A DNA stretch of 64,000 bases from Macrostomum hystrix (taxonomy: Eukaryota; Animalia; Platyhelminthes), in the NCBI GenBank assembly GCA_950097015.1, contig CATNEN010000038.1, forward strand, positions 23,436,001-23,500,000. Reading direction: 5' to 3'. A program made the translations under genes and the position numbers. The notes under the pieces were generated by a model, which made no database searches, had not been told where the DNA came from, and was given only the letters and a program-made list of their open reading frames with translations. Shown one piece after another: positions 62,633-64,000 of the stretch. Positions within the stretch are counted from its first letter, which is position 1. Each line of letters opens with the position of its first letter.

Positions 62633-62956
62633 GTGGGTCCCCAGACTGGTCAGCTGCTACAGGTAGCCAAAGTAAACGCTGCCGAGCTGCCCAACGTGTC
62701 CCTGACTGTTCAAGCTCGCGACTTTGGCAAGCCCTCTCGCCTGACGGACACGGCCACCGTGCGAATACGTCTTGTCGATGTCAACGATCACAGCCCGACG
62801 GTGTCAATCATCGGCTCCCAGGAGCCGCGCCTAGTCGAAGGTCGAGCCAATCCGAACTTTGCCTACATCTTTGCCAGCGACCGCGACTTGGGCGAATTCG
62901 GCCGAGTGTCCTGCAGTCTTGACGCCGATTCCGCTTCGCGCTTCGTGCTGCAACAG
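62633..62956 (+). CDS. Protocadherin-like exon 5 (EC3/EC4)
   Basis: ARDFGKP, DVNDHSP and ASDRDLGEFGRVSC motifs. Splice sites CCCAG|62633 and CAG|GTGAGT. Confidence 0.9.
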
Positions 62957-63108
62957 GTGAGTGACAGGTGTTAGATTGGAGTTGTCAGGTGTTGTCAATC
63001 TCCCTTTTATATCACTCTTATCTATCTCTCTCTTGTCTGATCTGTCTTATCAACCTATCTTATATATCTGTAGTGTCTCTACTCACGCACAATGTCACTA
63101 CTCCGCAG

Positions 63109-63366
63109 ATAAACCAGATGGGCAGCAGTGGCGTGAAACAGTTCTCAATCTCCACTGGCCCCGGCCTTATCTACGACCGCGAGCAGCAGGCTAGCGACAC
63201 GGTGGCCATTGTTTGCTGGGACCACGGCAGCCCCGCCAGGACTGGCAGTCTAACGCTGACGGTCTCCATTGAGGATGTGAACGAATTTCCACCGGTATTT
63301 AGCGACACTGTTGAGTATAGCTTCCGCGTGGCCGAGAACCAGACAGAGGGCGAACTGGTTGGAACT
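63109..63366 (+). CDS. Protocadherin-like exon 6 (EC4/EC5)
   Basis: YDREQQ, CWDHGSP, DVNEFPPVF and VAENQ motifs. Splice sites CGCAG|63109 and ACT|GTGAGT. Confidence 0.9.
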
Positions 63367-63663
63367 GTGAGTTGGGCTTGACATTTAAATCATTCTGGGA
63401 TTTTTGTATAACCTGGTGGTCTTTAGATCTCAGTTTGTAGATGTCTCTAGATCTTAAGTCTGTATATGCTTATTGATCTGAGTCTGTAGCACTGTAGATT
63501 TTTTAGTCTGTAGATTTAGTCAATTAGATGTCTGTAGATCCTCTGCCTTGCTTTATCGAGAAGATTAATGAAAAAAACAAGTTTTTCCGGCCAAATCGGA
63601 GAGGAAAATTGGTTCCAAAACAAGGCCCTACCAATATTAATATACATTTACGCCCCTCTGCAG

Positions 63664-64000
63664 ATGACAGCCTACGACAAGGACGCCACAGCCAGCATCG
63701 CTTACAGCATCTCAGACGATTACATGGCTGTGGGCTGCTTCGTCATCAACTCCACGACCGGTCAGATTCGCACTAAACGAAGATTGGATCGCGAGGACGC
63801 CGACCTCGCCAGATCCGGCCGGCCTGTGTACGTCATCACCGTCCAGGCCACGGACGGTCGCAATTCGACCACCGCCAAAGTCAACATCCGCATTCTGGAC
63901 GTCAACGACAATCCGCCACTGTTGAACGCAGTCGCCGCAGCCGGCCTGTCAGTCAACGAGAGCTTCGGCGGCGAGTCCTTTCACCCGCGCTTCGTCGGCC
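63664..64000 (+). CDS. Protocadherin-like exon 7 (EC5), runs off window
   Basis: TGCAG|63664 then MTAYDKDATA...TGQIRTKRRLDREDA...QATDG...ILDVNDNPP, open to the window end. Confidence 0.9.
   Translation, partial: MTAYDKDATASIAYSISDDYMAVGCFVINSTTGQIRTKRRLDREDADLARSGRPVYVITVQATDGRNSTTAKVNIRILDVNDNPPLLNAVAAAGLSVNESFGGESFHPRFVG

Overview
Eukaryotic (animal) genomic DNA, not prokaryotic. It has GT-AG spliced genes, and almost every intron and intergenic gap is filled by 15-36 nt minisatellites. This style suggests a flatworm such as Macrostomum, which is an inference. Nearly all long ORFs in the supplied track are artefacts of these repeats. Four protein-coding loci could be reconstructed by hand. 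(1) The 3' part of an LRR-Ig-transmembrane receptor with an 11/22-residue periodic cytoplasmic helix (+, 1-5796). (2) An ankyrin-repeat-fused Mab-21/cGAS-like nucleotidyltransferase (cGLR) with the GS motif and all three catalytic Asp intact (+, about 7788-15773). Its recently expanded 99-bp ankyrin repeats vary mainly at ligand-contact positions, and it shows a 1-nt frameshift plus a splice-phase conflict. (3) A two-exon PP1 glycogen-targeting subunit of the PPP1R3 family with RVxF and CBM21 (-, 19786-21299). (4) The 5' part of a protocadherin-like gene (+, 60220 to window end). About 39 kb between genes 3 and 4 has no recognisable coding exons. It contains about 17 minisatellite blocks, including a homologous inverted pair and arrays of splice-site-like units, plus a SINE relic. 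The best candidate for a novel system is the variable-ankyrin/cGAS-like receptor.
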